Positions 34,280 through 46,337 of a stretch of 64,000 bases of DNA are shown piece after piece (within the stretch, counting starts at the first letter, position 1; each line of letters starts with the position of its first letter). A model generated the notes under the pieces. It was not told where the DNA came from, searched no databases, and saw nothing but the letters and a program-made list of their open reading frames with translations. This DNA comes from Fistulifera solaris (Eukaryota), in assembly GCA_030295235.1 (NCBI GenBank), contig AP026169.1, forward strand, positions 1-64,000, read 5' to 3'. The translations under genes were made by a program, and so were the position numbers.

Positions 34280-36357
34280 TTAGGCATCCGCGTCTTCCGC
34301 AGCCTGAGCGACCTCTTTGGGAACTTCGACCTTGCCGTGCTTCGAGGCACGGACTTCCATAAGCTCATCGACATCTTCTTTCTTGGGACCGGTCAAGTCA
34401 TAGGCGGAACCACGGTGGTGCGAGATATCCAGACCAACTTCCTCTTCCAAAGCATCCACGCGGAACATACCAGCAGCGTTCAACAACATAAAGAATGGTG
34501 TCATGGTAAAAGCGACCCATCCAAAAACCCAGCAGACAGAGCAGATTTGCACCAACAAAAGTTGACCGTCAAAACCACCTTCCGAGTAGAATAAACCAGG
34601 GTTGGCCGAGTTGTATCCGGCCAAATCCATAAGCTCGGGCTTGGCGAATAAGCCGACGGCCAAGACACCCCACATACCGTTGGCAAAGTGTACTGGAACA
34701 GCATCGACAGCGTCATCAATCTTCAAGGCAACCAACGTCTTGGACATGGCAATGTACGCCCAGCCCCGACGGTACCAATGAGGATCGCAGCCCAGGGAGT
34801 AATGACAGAACATCCGGCAGTGACAGCCACAAGACCACCAAGTGCACCGTTCATGGCCATGGTTAAGTCGTAGCTGGTTTCACCTGAGGACAGGCCTTCC
34901 AAAATGGAATCCGTAAACATGGCAGAAATGCAACCGGCAGCGGCACCCATGGTGGTGGTGACAGCGCACAGAGAAGCGACTTGGGCAGATCCGGCGTTGG
35001 CAATCACGAGAGCGGAACCGGGGTTGAATCCGTACCCTAATTAAAATCAAGAGAAAAAGTGAGTTACGAATGGTACAAAATCAACACCCTTCGACTTCAG
35101 TCCTTGCAACTTACAGCCGACCCAGAGGATGAAGGTACCCAAGATCTGCAAAGCGACACTGTGGGGCTGGAAGGTGACGGGTGTCTCCAAGGGGTTACCA
35201 TCTTCGTCATAGAAGCGTCCCTTGCGGGGTCCGAGCACAATCGCCGCAATGAGGGCGGTGACACCACCAGTCATGTGCACGACACCGGATCCGGCAAAGT
35301 CGATGACACCAATATCGCGGAACAAGCTTTCGTTGTTAAAAGCGGAAAGGAAACCATTCGAGCTCCACATAGAGTGGACTACGACGGGGTACACGAAACC
35401 CGTCAAAAAGACGGAGTAGCACAAGTAGGCAGCCATCTTGCATCGCTCGGCAACCGTACCGGCAACGATCGTGGCAGCCGTCGCCGCGAACGCGAATTGG
35501 AAGAAGAAACCAATCCACGAGTCGAAATCACGTAGACCAAAGTAGCTGTCACCAATAAAGGTGCTACCAATGCGGTCAGATCCGCCGTAGGCAAATCCGT
35601 ATCCGACCGTGAAGAAACCAATGGCTCCACCACAGGCATCCAACAAGTTCTTGAGCATGATGTTCTTGACGTTCTTGGCACGCACGGAACCAGCGCAAAG
35701 CATGGCGAAACCGGCTTGCATCATGAAGACGAGGGCTCCCTGTTGTTAAAGTTGAGATACGACCAAGATGACAAACAGGAGAAGATCGCGCAGTCAAGAA
35801 GGATAGAGCAAGCAACCATAAAGTTGAAGATAGAGAGAAAGAAAGTGAGACGTTGTCATGCAAAGCAATCCGAATAAGGATTCTTTGACCGATCAACGGT
35901 AGGCGAAACACGACGCTCTCGCTCTCTTTAAACACACGCACGCAGCGTCAGAGGCAACACTTGGTATCGCCTCTGCAATGCTATCCCCTAAGCACAATCA
36001 GGCTTCGAAGCGATCCAAGTGGATGTTGATACTGCGGAACGACAGAGCGCGATACTACCGTTCGACGACGACGACGACGACGACAAAAACAACAACAACA
36101 AGCCTTCCTGTCTTGCTATCGGAAGACAGCCTTTGTGATGTGTCTTTTCGTTGTAAACCAGCCGCTCTAGACAACATATCTCACAACAGCAGAGGCAATC
36201 GTGTCAATACGAATGAGATCCGATCGCAACTTACCGCAAAAAGGAGAAAGAAGGTATCGACACCGGTGACAATGTCATTCGTAATATCGTAGACTCCGCA
36301 AATATGAACGGCGACATCTCCATCCGGAGCGGCGCAATAAGCTTCAAAGTCTGCCAT
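34280..36357 (-). CDS. AMT1: Ammonium transporter (Amt/AMT1 family), copy D, tandem paralog of copy C
   Basis: All Amt motifs. Exons 36357-36235, 35739-35115 and 35036-34280. Introns of 495 and 78 nt. One missing G at ~34765. Confidence 0.95.
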
Positions 36358-37476
36358 TGTATTAAACTGAATTCAATCGATGAAGGATAATGAACAAAAA
36401 GAAAGTAAACCTCCTATCAGGCTAATGCCTTCTTTTGTGACAACAAACGTCAAAAATGAGAAAAAGAGAAGATGTCGATCTTTGTTCGGCCGCGTTGAAA
36501 CGCGCGATCGCGCGGCTCCTACTCTTAACGCGACAGTGAGTCAGTCCAGTCCAGCCGAACGTCAAACTTCCGTTCCTTCAAATGGAACTTTCTCAATTGG
36601 AACGATCGGCTTCGATTTCATTATTACACTCAGCGGTGGTACACCTTTCTCTACACTGAGACTTTTTACACGGATTACGCAACTTACGGCTCACCTACTG
36701 GAACCGTTTTTCACCGACTTGAGGAGTCATTTATTTCTTGTGTATTCTGAATCACACAGAATATTTCTGTGTCTTTGTAGCTAATAGTCAAAGCGATAAG
36801 ATTTATTCGTGACTGATGTTAAAACTGGAAAAGCCAACGCAAACGCACGTGTCAACCAAGATCGATGCATCATTGTGTGGCGGACAAGCTGGCGTGGGAT
36901 ACTGCCACAGGCATTCGTTGAGTCACGACGTCATTATTTTCTGATTCAGGGGGAACGACAGAAAAGGACCACAAGAATAAGGGAACTTTTTCAAGTTCTC
37001 AATCGCCAAGGGGAACTTTGTCTTGCCGTATCAACGTACCCTACCAGGTACGGCGTCAAAAACCCTTTTCCTTTGGTTCACGGAATTCTATGCATCGCGC
37101 GCATTGGGATATCGGTTCGCAGTTTTAGTTACGTAGTCGATGATCGAGCTGCGTGGGACTACTCGAAGCTGTAGAAAGCACCACGCAAGAAACCACAAAA
37201 TTTTGTACGAATGAGCGCTTCTCTGGCTGCTGGCGTGGATTTATGTGTTTGTATTTTTAGTTTCTATGATCAGGTATAGTAGTTTAATAAGAGAATGGGA
37301 TCAGTTGACCAGCTTTCTTCTAGCTGGAAACAGGAGTCGAATGGTTGATCGAGGAACTAGGCGCCCCCAGAAGTTAAAGCTAGCTCAAGCGTCGCTCAAC
37401 GGTGAGAAACGAACTTCTCGAATGCATAGTATGATTTGAGAGAAGGCAATGAGAAAACTCCAGTCGCATATGAGGC

Positions 37477-38376
37477 TCAGTCATGAAAGCTCCATTGACA
37501 AATGCCACAGTTTGGCACTTCAACTTGTGTAAAATGATGTAAAACGCCCCAATGTGTCACGAGCACTACCGTCTTCCCGACAAACTCACGCCGCAACCAC
37601 TCCTCTAATACTTGCAATCGCTCCCGAAACACATCCTCAGGTTCACCCGGAACAGCATAATGTTGCTGCTCATCACAGGGACGCCATTCTACCGGCGGTG
37701 TTTGCCCGTCAGGTATCGTATACCACCATGATTCGTCGACCGCGTGGGAGTCTTGCAGAAGACTCCAGTCCAAGCTTGCCGCAATATCCTTTGTGAAAAG
37801 TTCACGACATTTGTTTTGCAGAAGGCCCCAAGGCTGTCCAGTATCGCTCGCGGAATAGATTCGTTCTCGTAATAACGGCACAATCATGGTAGGCACCGAC
37901 GGAAGCAACGGCTGCACACCGTAAAACCAAGTTTGCAAGCACCTCATTAACGGTGACACCAAAACAATTACATCATCAAGGTTCGTTGAATCAAGAATGC
38001 ATTGCAACTCTTTCGGTAATTCTTGTTGTGCTTGTGCGATTCCTGTTTCCGATAGAGGCGAATCGGCCAACTGAATATCATCGCAAAACGTGGGAGAAAA
38101 CCAAGCATTCGAACCTGTCATCCATTCATTTGAAACACTGCTGCCATGGCGAATAGCGATGATGTTGATTGTTGATGTCGTTGTTGTAGATGTTTCTTCG
38201 CAGGTCAAATCGGATTGCGGCGGCATTTTTGCGTTTCTGATCGAAAGACCGTGTCGACGCCGTAAAAGAGAGGTCAAAGGGCTTACAAAGGCGACACAAA
38301 GGCTTTCCTTCCACCAAACAAGACAAAAGAGTAGATAGAAAGAGAAACAATCGAGATTATAAGATGTCGCGTACAT
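37477..38376 (-). CDS. Histidine phosphatase / phosphoglycerate mutase family protein, possibly plastid-targeted
   Basis: IAIRHG, DSPLSETGIAQA, VSPLMRCLQT, LRER and LVTHWG motifs. Leader ends in CVA-FVSP (ASAFAP-like). Confidence 0.85.
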   Translation of the reverse strand: MYATSYNLDCFSFYLLFCLVWWKESLCVAFVSPLTSLLRRRHGLSIRNAKMPPQSDLTCEETSTTTTSTINIIAIRHGSSVSNEWMTGSNAWFSPTFCDDIQLADSPLSETGIAQAQQELPKELQCILDSTNLDDVIVLVSPLMRCLQTWFYGVQPLLPSVPTMIVPLLRERIYSASDTGQPWGLLQNKCRELFTKDIAASLDWSLLQDSHAVDESWWYTIPDGQTPPVEWRPCDEQQHYAVPGEPEDVFRERLQVLEEWLRREFVGKTVVLVTHWGVLHHFTQVEVPNCGICQWSFHD

Positions 38377-39206
38377 GAATCAGTGTTTGTGTGTTCAGTG
38401 AAACGGGAAACGGGTGTTTAATCGGGTGTGACTATGGGCGTTGTGTGATGACGGGTGTGACCACGTGACCACTGATTAATTTTACCTAAGGACTGAGTAC
38501 CGTTGCGCAGGAGTGAGAAGCGAGCTTTTGAGTCACGACTCAGGGCTAAAGTCAAAATGCAACTTTGACATTCGACTGATTTTTCCATTGTTCTTTTCAT
38601 TTTCTCACAAATAGTTCAATCTCTAGCACTGTGCTTTAGGAAATCCTAACTTCGCAAAAGCGAAATGCGCGCGTGATTAGAAACTAGAACAGTTAGCAGA
38701 ATTACGAATTATCACTTGAAAACATTGCAACTAAAACGAGTGTCCCCAAAATTAGGTCGAATGAAATTCCAAAAGGAATTTTTGACTGTCCTCCCTGGTA
38801 AGTCTTTGTGGTTGGTGATTTTAGTGCTATGTGGTGCTATGTGCTATCCATTCACAGTGTGTGGAGTGGGGAGTTAAAAAAGTTAAAAGCTGAAGAATCC
38901 GCATGAATTGGGGGGCCATTGAAGTAGTGTACAGCCCTACAGCGCACAGCATTTCCCAAGATCCCGACAGTTGATCATTCCTGTGCTTTACAAGATGGAT
39001 TGCAGATTTTAGTAAACCTCAACAAAAACATTAAGTAGCATGTAGCATGTTCGTGGAACTGTAACCGCTGAAGCGGATTCTAGGGTCTTCGCAACTACTT
39101 CCCTGCACAACAATCATTGCTTCGTGACCCAAGACGAAAATGAAACAAACAGACAACGCGAAGTCCGTTAGTCATTGGATACAAGTTAAAACGAAAGTAA
39201 AGAACC

Positions 39207-39437
39207 ATGAAGGCCTCCGACGAGACGAATCATCCCCGATTACAGAGAGAAGTGCTGCGTCTATCTAACTTGTCGATACTGCCAGTAATTCATTCTGACC
39301 CCAAAAATAACCTTTCCCTTCAGTTTGGTGAGGTGGCACACAGCAAGATTTCAAGTGAAAGGTTGAGAGTGATCCTCAACCAAGCTCTCGCTCTGCTAGA
39401 GGACGACACGAAAAGCGTCTTCGGTGACCATTTCTAA
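39207..39437 (+). CDS. Small hypothetical protein
   Basis: 76-aa ATG ORF ending in an amphipathic helix (RLRVILNQALALLEDD). Weak support. Confidence 0.3.
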   Translation: MKASDETNHPRLQREVLRLSNLSILPVIHSDPKNNLSLQFGEVAHSKISSERLRVILNQALALLEDDTKSVFGDHF

Positions 39438-39614
39438 GACTTTCATCATAGACATCAACCGAAGTATCATGACTATGTCAAGAGTCATTGTTCCAGTCAG
39501 CAGGTGTTTTCAAAGCAAACATCTCTTAAAACTTATTAGAAAGCTTTTTTGAAATGAGTGCTTTTCGTGGTATAACTCGTACAGCATGTATGGCGAACGG
39601 TTTCTTTTTGTAGT

Positions 39615-41757
39615 CTATAACTTCATTTGCGCTACTCCCACAGCCAATCGCGCTGTCTTAGTTTGCGGAGCCACGGCCACTGCGGATCGAATACGGTCCA
39701 TGTCCAAAGGGCGCCCTGTCTGGGAAGGAGACGAAAGAGAAGGTTGCAAGTCCACATCCGCCAAGACTTGTGTTCGCACCAACCATGATTCCATCCAGGG
39801 AGCATCTCCCATGGCCGCCAACAAGGGTGCGAACAACGAAGAAAACACCAGCGGCGGTAAGTCAAACAAGGCTTCCGCACCCCTGGTCACGAGACCAAAT
39901 TCTCCGACAAAGAAGAGCACTTCGAAAGCAACTGCTCGAAACGCTTTGCGCGCTCGTTTGGGTATCTTCCAACGATCCGCAGTCTGTTTAAGCGACTGAA
40001 TCGACATGGATAAAGTTCTATCCTGTATTTCAATCGAGTCTTGATACCCCGCCACGTCGATTGCAATGATGGCTGCCAATCGCTCTTGCACTAGCGCTCG
40101 GAGAGCAAATGACGGTTTTTGAATCACCATGAGAGTATCAGCCCCGAAGGATCCGATGAATTCGCCTTGACAAACTCAGAGGTAGCCAGCACAGCTTTAC
40201 CACCACCATCATCCGATTGAGCCAGGTCCGCATGGACTGCTTGCAGTACTTCTCGCATAGTTATCATGGACGAGGTAGCCTCTTGTGTGGTTGTAGTACT
40301 GGCCGTCGAGGCGGTGGAAGTATCGTCGGAAGGAGTTGGCGTTATTGTTTCGACAGAAAACGACGACAGGGGCTGCTGTTCAACGGTTTGCAATATCCGT
40401 TCGCGACGATGTTTGGCCGAACCTAATGTCCCAAACAGTCGTCGCACTGCATGTCGCCGTTTCCTGCGTTGTTGTTGTCGTAATTTCTCGTGACGAGGAA
40501 TATTTTCGAATCCATCACCGTCCTGACTTCGAGTGCTCTTTCTACTGACTCCTTCCATTTCACCACCTGACGACTCGGGATCCGTTTCGTCATCATCATC
40601 ATCATCGTGATCCAACTCGTTTCCGTTTGTATCATTCGGATCAGCACTGTCATGATGACGGTGTTCTCCTCTACTTTCGTCCCAGTGCCGTTTCCGTTGC
40701 AAAATTTGAGCCTTGCGCAATTGCTGTTCAATGCGCAAAATGTTCGAATCCGATAATCGTATGTAAAACGCTGCCACATTCGTCAAATACAGCGACATGA
40801 ATCCGACACTGAAGGGCAGCCAAATGACACAAAACCAAATACTCGCCGATTGTGTCGGATAATAATCCCCGAATCCGACGGTCGTTAATGAAACAACACT
40901 GAAATACAAGGCTTCCACAATCGTCCATCCTTCCAGAGGCCCTACTACCAAAGCACCCAAACCGATCAAGCCAACAAACGGAAACAATACCGACAATCCT
41001 CGTCCTACTTCATCTTCTTTAAAGAACGTTTGCAATTGATCAATGATCTGAAAGAATTGATCCATCGTATGCGTCGGAACATGCAAGAAATCTCCCAATT
41101 GCGTGACCGATTGTCGTGTCATGGTCGTCCGACGATGATGTTGGGCCAAGGGCGACGTAAGAGGTTGTTCGCGTTCCGACTGCGCTCGACTCGCTTCGAG
41201 TGCGACACATTGATAGACTTGTGCGACCAGAATGGTCAACGTCGCAATCCCCATGAGAATAAAGAATATCGTGTAAAGTTGAAAGGCTGGTGTATCCGGA
41301 CTGTGCAAATGTCCGTATCCGACGGTCGTCATCGCGTAGACACTAAACAAGAGAGCATCTTTCGTATCCCAATCTTCGGTTTGTTGTACAAAAAGATGAC
41401 ACTGATGGTCATGAAAACGGTCATGAAAGTAACGGCACAGCAAGCCGATTGTCGGACGGATTGATAACGAGCGTGATAGGCGACATCTCGTTCTTCTAAA
41501 GCCCATTCGTATTCTTGATCCAGTTGTTGAGTTAATTGTGTATCGACTATTCGTCGTGTAGGTATAGGAGAAGAGATAGAAGGACTCTCTGCATCATGAA
41601 TAACAGTAGGATTCCTCGGGGACAATGTCGAAGAATCCGTTTCGTTCTTGGATGTCTCTGTGCGCGATAATTCGACCACCCCGCTTGTCATTTCTTCTTC
41701 TTCTTCTTCTTCTTTTACAATCAATTCCTTTGATTGAGAGACCGCGATGAGAGCCAA
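39615..41757 (-). CDS. Two-pore-domain potassium channel (TPK/K2P-like)
   Basis: Two selectivity filters, TTVGYG and TTVGFGD, with flanking TM helices. Homopolymer frameshifts at ~41392 and ~40143. Confidence 0.88.
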
Positions 41758-42264
41758 GACGGTAATTCAACTAAATGAGGAGCAATACCTGGTAATGATT
41801 GTGAAGAAAAGTCGTTGCGTTTATCGATTGTTTCTCCGCTCGTCGCGTTTGCAGCACGATGATAATAATATGCGAGGGCGGGGGGACGAGAGAGAGACGT
41901 TGGGGATTGGGGATTAATTGCGGACAGAGAACCGAAAAGTAGCTCTGTAGGGCTATTGTGTAGCCGAGACTCTCACGATTGGAGTGTTGCAATCATGAGG
42001 TCGTTTTGGAAGTTGAGTGATTCACGCTTTATTAGGTCTCCCCAATCCCCAATCGATCCTGCGGAGAATAAGATAAACTGCTGGTCGGACAGACCACTAT
42101 ACCATCACCACGAAAACAGAAACGCCACAATTTCCCACATTCTTTTTGTTCGAAGGGATCCTTCCCTATAATTGTTAATATCGTTTCGTTTTTCGTCTCA
42201 AACCTATCCTATCTATTATTACCTCTTCCATTCTCTTCAAATATAACATCCAACTGAAAGCATC

Positions 42265-44088
42265 ATGACGACAACGGCTACTTTAACGACAACTACAACA
42301 AATACAAGTTCTACAACAACACCCTTTCAATCCTCACAGGATTTGCGGACACTCGTAACAAGCACGCGATCGCTGTTACCGCCCTCCGAAGACTATCATC
42401 CCCGGGAAGAGCGATATTGGAACAACGATCAGACCCATTATCAGCCATTGCAACACACGGAAACACTCGGAATTCAACAATTGGCCTTATCGCCGCAACG
42501 CACGCTGGCGGCGACGGGAGGACCCTGCATTTCGTTTTGGACGTCGCCCCTCGACAAGTCGTTGCATCACACGCAACAACGCTTTTCGTCGGCACAAATC
42601 AAAGCGAAACAAATCTCGACGTCGGGTCAGTTAACCACGGCAGTTGCATTTCGACACGATGGGCAGTTAATGGCGGTCGGTAATCTCAAAGGACAAGTGC
42701 AAATCATTCAGTGTGCGACACGAGCGGTCTTGACGACGTGGTCGTGTTCCACGTTGCCGATTCGGGCGGTCGTTTGGCAAGATGATCAAACCGTGTGGGT
42801 GGGTGGAGATGATGCGCGATTGTCGAAATGGTCCTTGCAATCGACGAAACCGACACCGATCACTTATGCAGGACACGGGGATGGAATTACCTGTATTCGA
42901 TTACAAGATGAATATGTTGTCTCGGTCAGTGCGGATCATACCGTTCGTTTGTGGATGAAATCACCAGAGGCGAATGATGAAATACAAAGTAATGATATTG
43001 ATACAAAAGAAGCCCTCGCGGTTTGGAGACACGCCGGACCGGTGCAAGATATAGTGTGGGTACCCAGTTCCGTTCAAGACACGAATGCGAAAAGCACTGC
43101 GTGTTGCATTACCGCCTCAGGTACCGAATTGACGGTATGGAATCCAAATCACGTCCAATTGTTGCAACAAGTGCCGACACGACATGTCAAGACCATTACT
43201 GCATTGTGTTACATACTACGAAGACGTCGCAAGACGAATGCGAGTAGCAGTAGCAAAAAGAACGAGGAAGAAGACGATTTTCAACATTGCGTTTTTACCG
43301 CAGCGTTGGATGGGGCATTGCGATTGCATGAATGGAATCCGCAGACCCGACAACTCGTTTCATTGATTCGATTGTCACTTCCTTCGCAGCAGCCCGAGAC
43401 CAGTACGCCTAGTACCATGCAACGCGCGATCACCGCGTTGACGGTGTTTTCGCATCGTGGATGTATTGTCTTGGCGTGCGGCTTCAGTCATGGCCAGGTT
43501 TTGTTGCGAACGACGGCACCACCGCCGACGGTCATGAAACGACGTGTTCAAGAACCACCCGCGGGGACCTATGCGTACTTTATGCGAGGACCACGTGTCC
43601 CATTGACTACCACGACGGATGACCTCGATACGACCGTTGTAGCTGCCACTGGCAATAAGAAACGAAAGTACAAGTCGTACGATTTGTGTTTGAAACAATT
43701 TAGGTATGCGGACGCCTTGGACGAGGCCTTGGCGACCCGCAATGCACAAACTGTATTGAATGTACTGGAGGCGTTGGGACAGCGTCCGAATGGATTGGAT
43801 ACGGCCTTATCAAATGCATCAACGCTGGAGCCTCTAATAAGTTTCTGTTTGTCATTTCTACGCAAGCAGCATACCCAGCATCAACATGCGACAACCTGTG
43901 TGTTGGGTGTCTTGAACGAATGTTGGCGTCGACGAGCTAACAATGAAGCAGATGAATTGTGGTGGAAGATTCGGCAAGCTGTGCAACAGGAAGTGCAAAC
44001 GCAAACATGTTTGTTGCGGACGTTGGGACAGATTGATGGATTGCTGGGGACTCGTGCTTTGGAAGGCAATCAAACTGATGATGATTAG
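42265..44088 (+). CDS. UTP15: U3 snoRNA-associated protein 15 (WD40 repeats plus UTP15 C-terminal domain)
   Basis: WD40 repeats (FRHDGQLMAVG, GHGDGI..., SADHTVRLW) and C-terminal YDLCLKQFRYADALD...VLEALGQR..GL..AL typical of UTP15. Confidence 0.8.
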   Translation: MTTTATLTTTTTNTSSTTTPFQSSQDLRTLVTSTRSLLPPSEDYHPREERYWNNDQTHYQPLQHTETLGIQQLALSPQRTLAATGGPCISFWTSPLDKSLHHTQQRFSSAQIKAKQISTSGQLTTAVAFRHDGQLMAVGNLKGQVQIIQCATRAVLTTWSCSTLPIRAVVWQDDQTVWVGGDDARLSKWSLQSTKPTPITYAGHGDGITCIRLQDEYVVSVSADHTVRLWMKSPEANDEIQSNDIDTKEALAVWRHAGPVQDIVWVPSSVQDTNAKSTACCITASGTELTVWNPNHVQLLQQVPTRHVKTITALCYILRRRRKTNASSSSKKNEEEDDFQHCVFTAALDGALRLHEWNPQTRQLVSLIRLSLPSQQPETSTPSTMQRAITALTVFSHRGCIVLACGFSHGQVLLRTTAPPPTVMKRRVQEPPAGTYAYFMRGPRVPLTTTTDDLDTTVVAATGNKKRKYKSYDLCLKQFRYADALDEALATRNAQTVLNVLEALGQRPNGLDTALSNASTLEPLISFCLSFLRKQHTQHQHATTCVLGVLNECWRRRANNEADELWWKIRQAVQQEVQTQTCLLRTLGQIDGLLGTRALEGNQTDDD

Positions 44089-44264
44089 TTGAAAATAGCT
44101 CGTAAGAAGAGCGACAAAGTACGTAGAGAATATTATGACAAAATGCACAAGCTGCATAGAAAGTTAACTTATACTCCAGTACAAGGTAACCCTTTCGTTA
44201 ATGGTAGCATTTCGTGCAAAAAGTTATGAACATTATAATAGATTGTCTGTGCTCGTTGCGAAAG

Positions 44265-46337
44265 TTACAATTGTGAATTCATGGACTTTTCACGTGTTGT
44301 AGACAAGCTCAAACGTCGAGTCGTTTGTTTCCACCATCGACTCTTGGACGATTGTGTTGTCGTACCAGTCGGCGAAGGGCCCATAGTGACAACTTCTCGT
44401 TGAGCAATACCATGACCCAAAGGACCCACGAGGGACGAAGCAGCGGACAAGGAAGAAACAGTAGAAGCAGCCGTCGAAACTGTTCGCAAAGTTGATGCAT
44501 TGCTCGTCATCGACCATCGTCTGGAACGATGCAGCGATGCTTTGCGTTGCAACGGTGATGTCTGAGTGGAGTCCGCATGCGATGATTTCCAATGCGTGTA
44601 CAACATGTGATTCAATGAACCACGTCGGGGCAACTTCGAATCACTCCTTGTTTTGGACCATATGTCTTTCATATCATCATCAATTGACGGCTGAGAATGA
44701 TTTAACGACAATCGTTTCCAAGCACGTCGGAGTACGTTTGATTTCGTCGTAGAAGAATCTGGTACTTCGCAGCAACTTTCATTCTCGAATGTACTCGACG
44801 TGACATCTCTCTTTTCGACTTCGTCTTGATAGTACTTCTTGTATTCTTCTTCGTCGTTGTGGCTTTCGTCCACGTCGATACTAAAGTCTTCCTCGTGTTT
44901 CTCGGCATTTGAAGGTTCCTCTTTGATGATGTCTACCTCCGAGCTCGAGTCCGACGATTCATTTAACATTTCTTCTGTAGATTCGTCTTCAATTTCTTCA
45001 AAATCAGAGTCGGACGACGCAAACGATTCATTTCTCAGCATCCTTTCTACACTCGACTCGGATGACGAAGCAAAAGATGCATTGGTTGTGATCTCTCCGT
45101 CCAAACTACTAGAATTGGACGACGCGAAAGAATCGTTTCGCTGAAAAATGTTCTCTTCCCTTTCTCCCAAGCCACAATTAAATGCCGCCGCTCGTATTCT
45201 AGCTTGTTCTTCCGCGTACGATTCATAACTACTCGTGCGGTGTGTTCGTCTTTGCCGTTGCTGTTGTGGCGATTCGTTCTTCGTGGCATTCTTAGGGCTG
45301 TTGGAATCTCCGTGTAAACTGGACCGCCGTACTGGCATGGTAAGCACCTGCCGGAAAGCTTCAAAGCCACTTCGACGCTTGGATGGACTAGCTTCCGCCG
45401 AAGGAGGAGAAGTCGATAAAGTAGATTGCAGCTCATTCTTTCCTTGTTGTTGTTCATCGTCTTGATCAAAACTGGAGTTTCGCTCCGGTTTCGGAAGGGA
45501 TTTTGCTAAACGGATCGAGGTTTCATCTTCAAAATAAGACTGGCAGCTGCTATTGCGTTGAAAAGAAGATTTCAGAGAAGATCTTCGGACGGGCATGCGG
45601 AGTGCAGTGCTCACTGAGTGAGAAGGCAAGGAGGAAGTGTGACTTTGAATTTTACCCGTCGCGGAAGTGCTTCTTTTTCTCTGCGCGGGTTGAATCATAT
45701 CCGATGAAAAGGTACCGGAAGCAACATATGGGCGGCGCAAGGGCATTTTCAATTCACTTTGCGGAGTTGATTGATTTGTTTCGAGAATATCGATAGGAGC
45801 TATGTAATCTTTGATCGATTCAGCTTTGACGGAAGAGCGCCGTATTGGCTTATTGGGAGAAGAAGACTGCTCAGTTCCTAAAGATCCTAAAGGAGATAAA
45901 GGTGATGGTGAAGGTGATTTGGATAGGGATGCTAATGATGATTGTTGCATAGAATGCCGTATTCGTTGTTTGGGAATTGTGGGTATAGGAGAATCCCTCG
46001 ATACCACAGGAGGCGCAGCTGTCGACCAGCGGTTCGGTAAAACCATTCCGCGACGTTGGTAACTCCTTTTCCTTCTCAGTTTACTTATTCGTTGCAACGG
46101 CGCCATTTGTTGTCGCTCAGAAACAGAAAAAGGTGGCGTTTTCGCGTTGTCGACACGAATGACAACGTCTCCCTCATGCCGCGCTATTAACGAATGCACG
46201 GCTGCGGGAAGCATCACAATTGAAATTACAGCAAAGAGAGAAAACGCACAGGAAAGGCTTGCAACAAAGAGAACTATAGCAACACCTCTTTCGATAAAGC
46301 GCTTTGCTATCGTTCTTGTCTCTGCTGGTTGCCCCAC
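44265..46337 (-). CDS. Hypothetical Ser-rich low-complexity protein
   Basis: 690-aa open frame with a hydrophobic N-terminal segment and repeated MP(V/L)RRSS and N(D/A/E)SFASS motifs. Start uncertain. Confidence 0.65.
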   Translation of the reverse strand: MGQPAETRTIAKRFIERGVAIVLFVASLSCAFSLFAVISIVMLPAAVHSLIARHEGDVVIRVDNAKTPPFSVSERQQMAPLQRISKLRRKRSYQRRGMVLPNRWSTAAPPVVSRDSPIPTIPKQRIRHSMQQSSLASLSKSPSPSPLSPLGSLGTEQSSSPNKPIRRSSVKAESIKDYIAPIDILETNQSTPQSELKMPLRRPYVASGTFSSDMIQPAQRKRSTSATGKIQSHTSSLPSHSVSTALRMPVRRSSLKSSFQRNSSCQSYFEDETSIRLAKSLPKPERNSSFDQDDEQQQGKNELQSTLSTSPPSAEASPSKRRSGFEAFRQVLTMPVRRSSLHGDSNSPKNATKNESPQQQRQRRTHRTSSYESYAEEQARIRAAAFNCGLGEREENIFQRNDSFASSNSSSLDGEITTNASFASSSESSVERMLRNESFASSDSDFEEIEDESTEEMLNESSDSSSEVDIIKEEPSNAEKHEEDFSIDVDESHNDEEEYKKYYQDEVEKRDVTSSTFENESCCEVPDSSTTKSNVLRRAWKRLSLNHSQPSIDDDMKDIWSKTRSDSKLPRRGSLNHMLYTHWKSSHADSTQTSPLQRKASLHRSRRWSMTSNASTLRTVSTAASTVSSLSAASSLVGPLGHGIAQREVVTMGPSPTGTTTQSSKSRWWKQTTRRLSLSTTREKSMNSQL

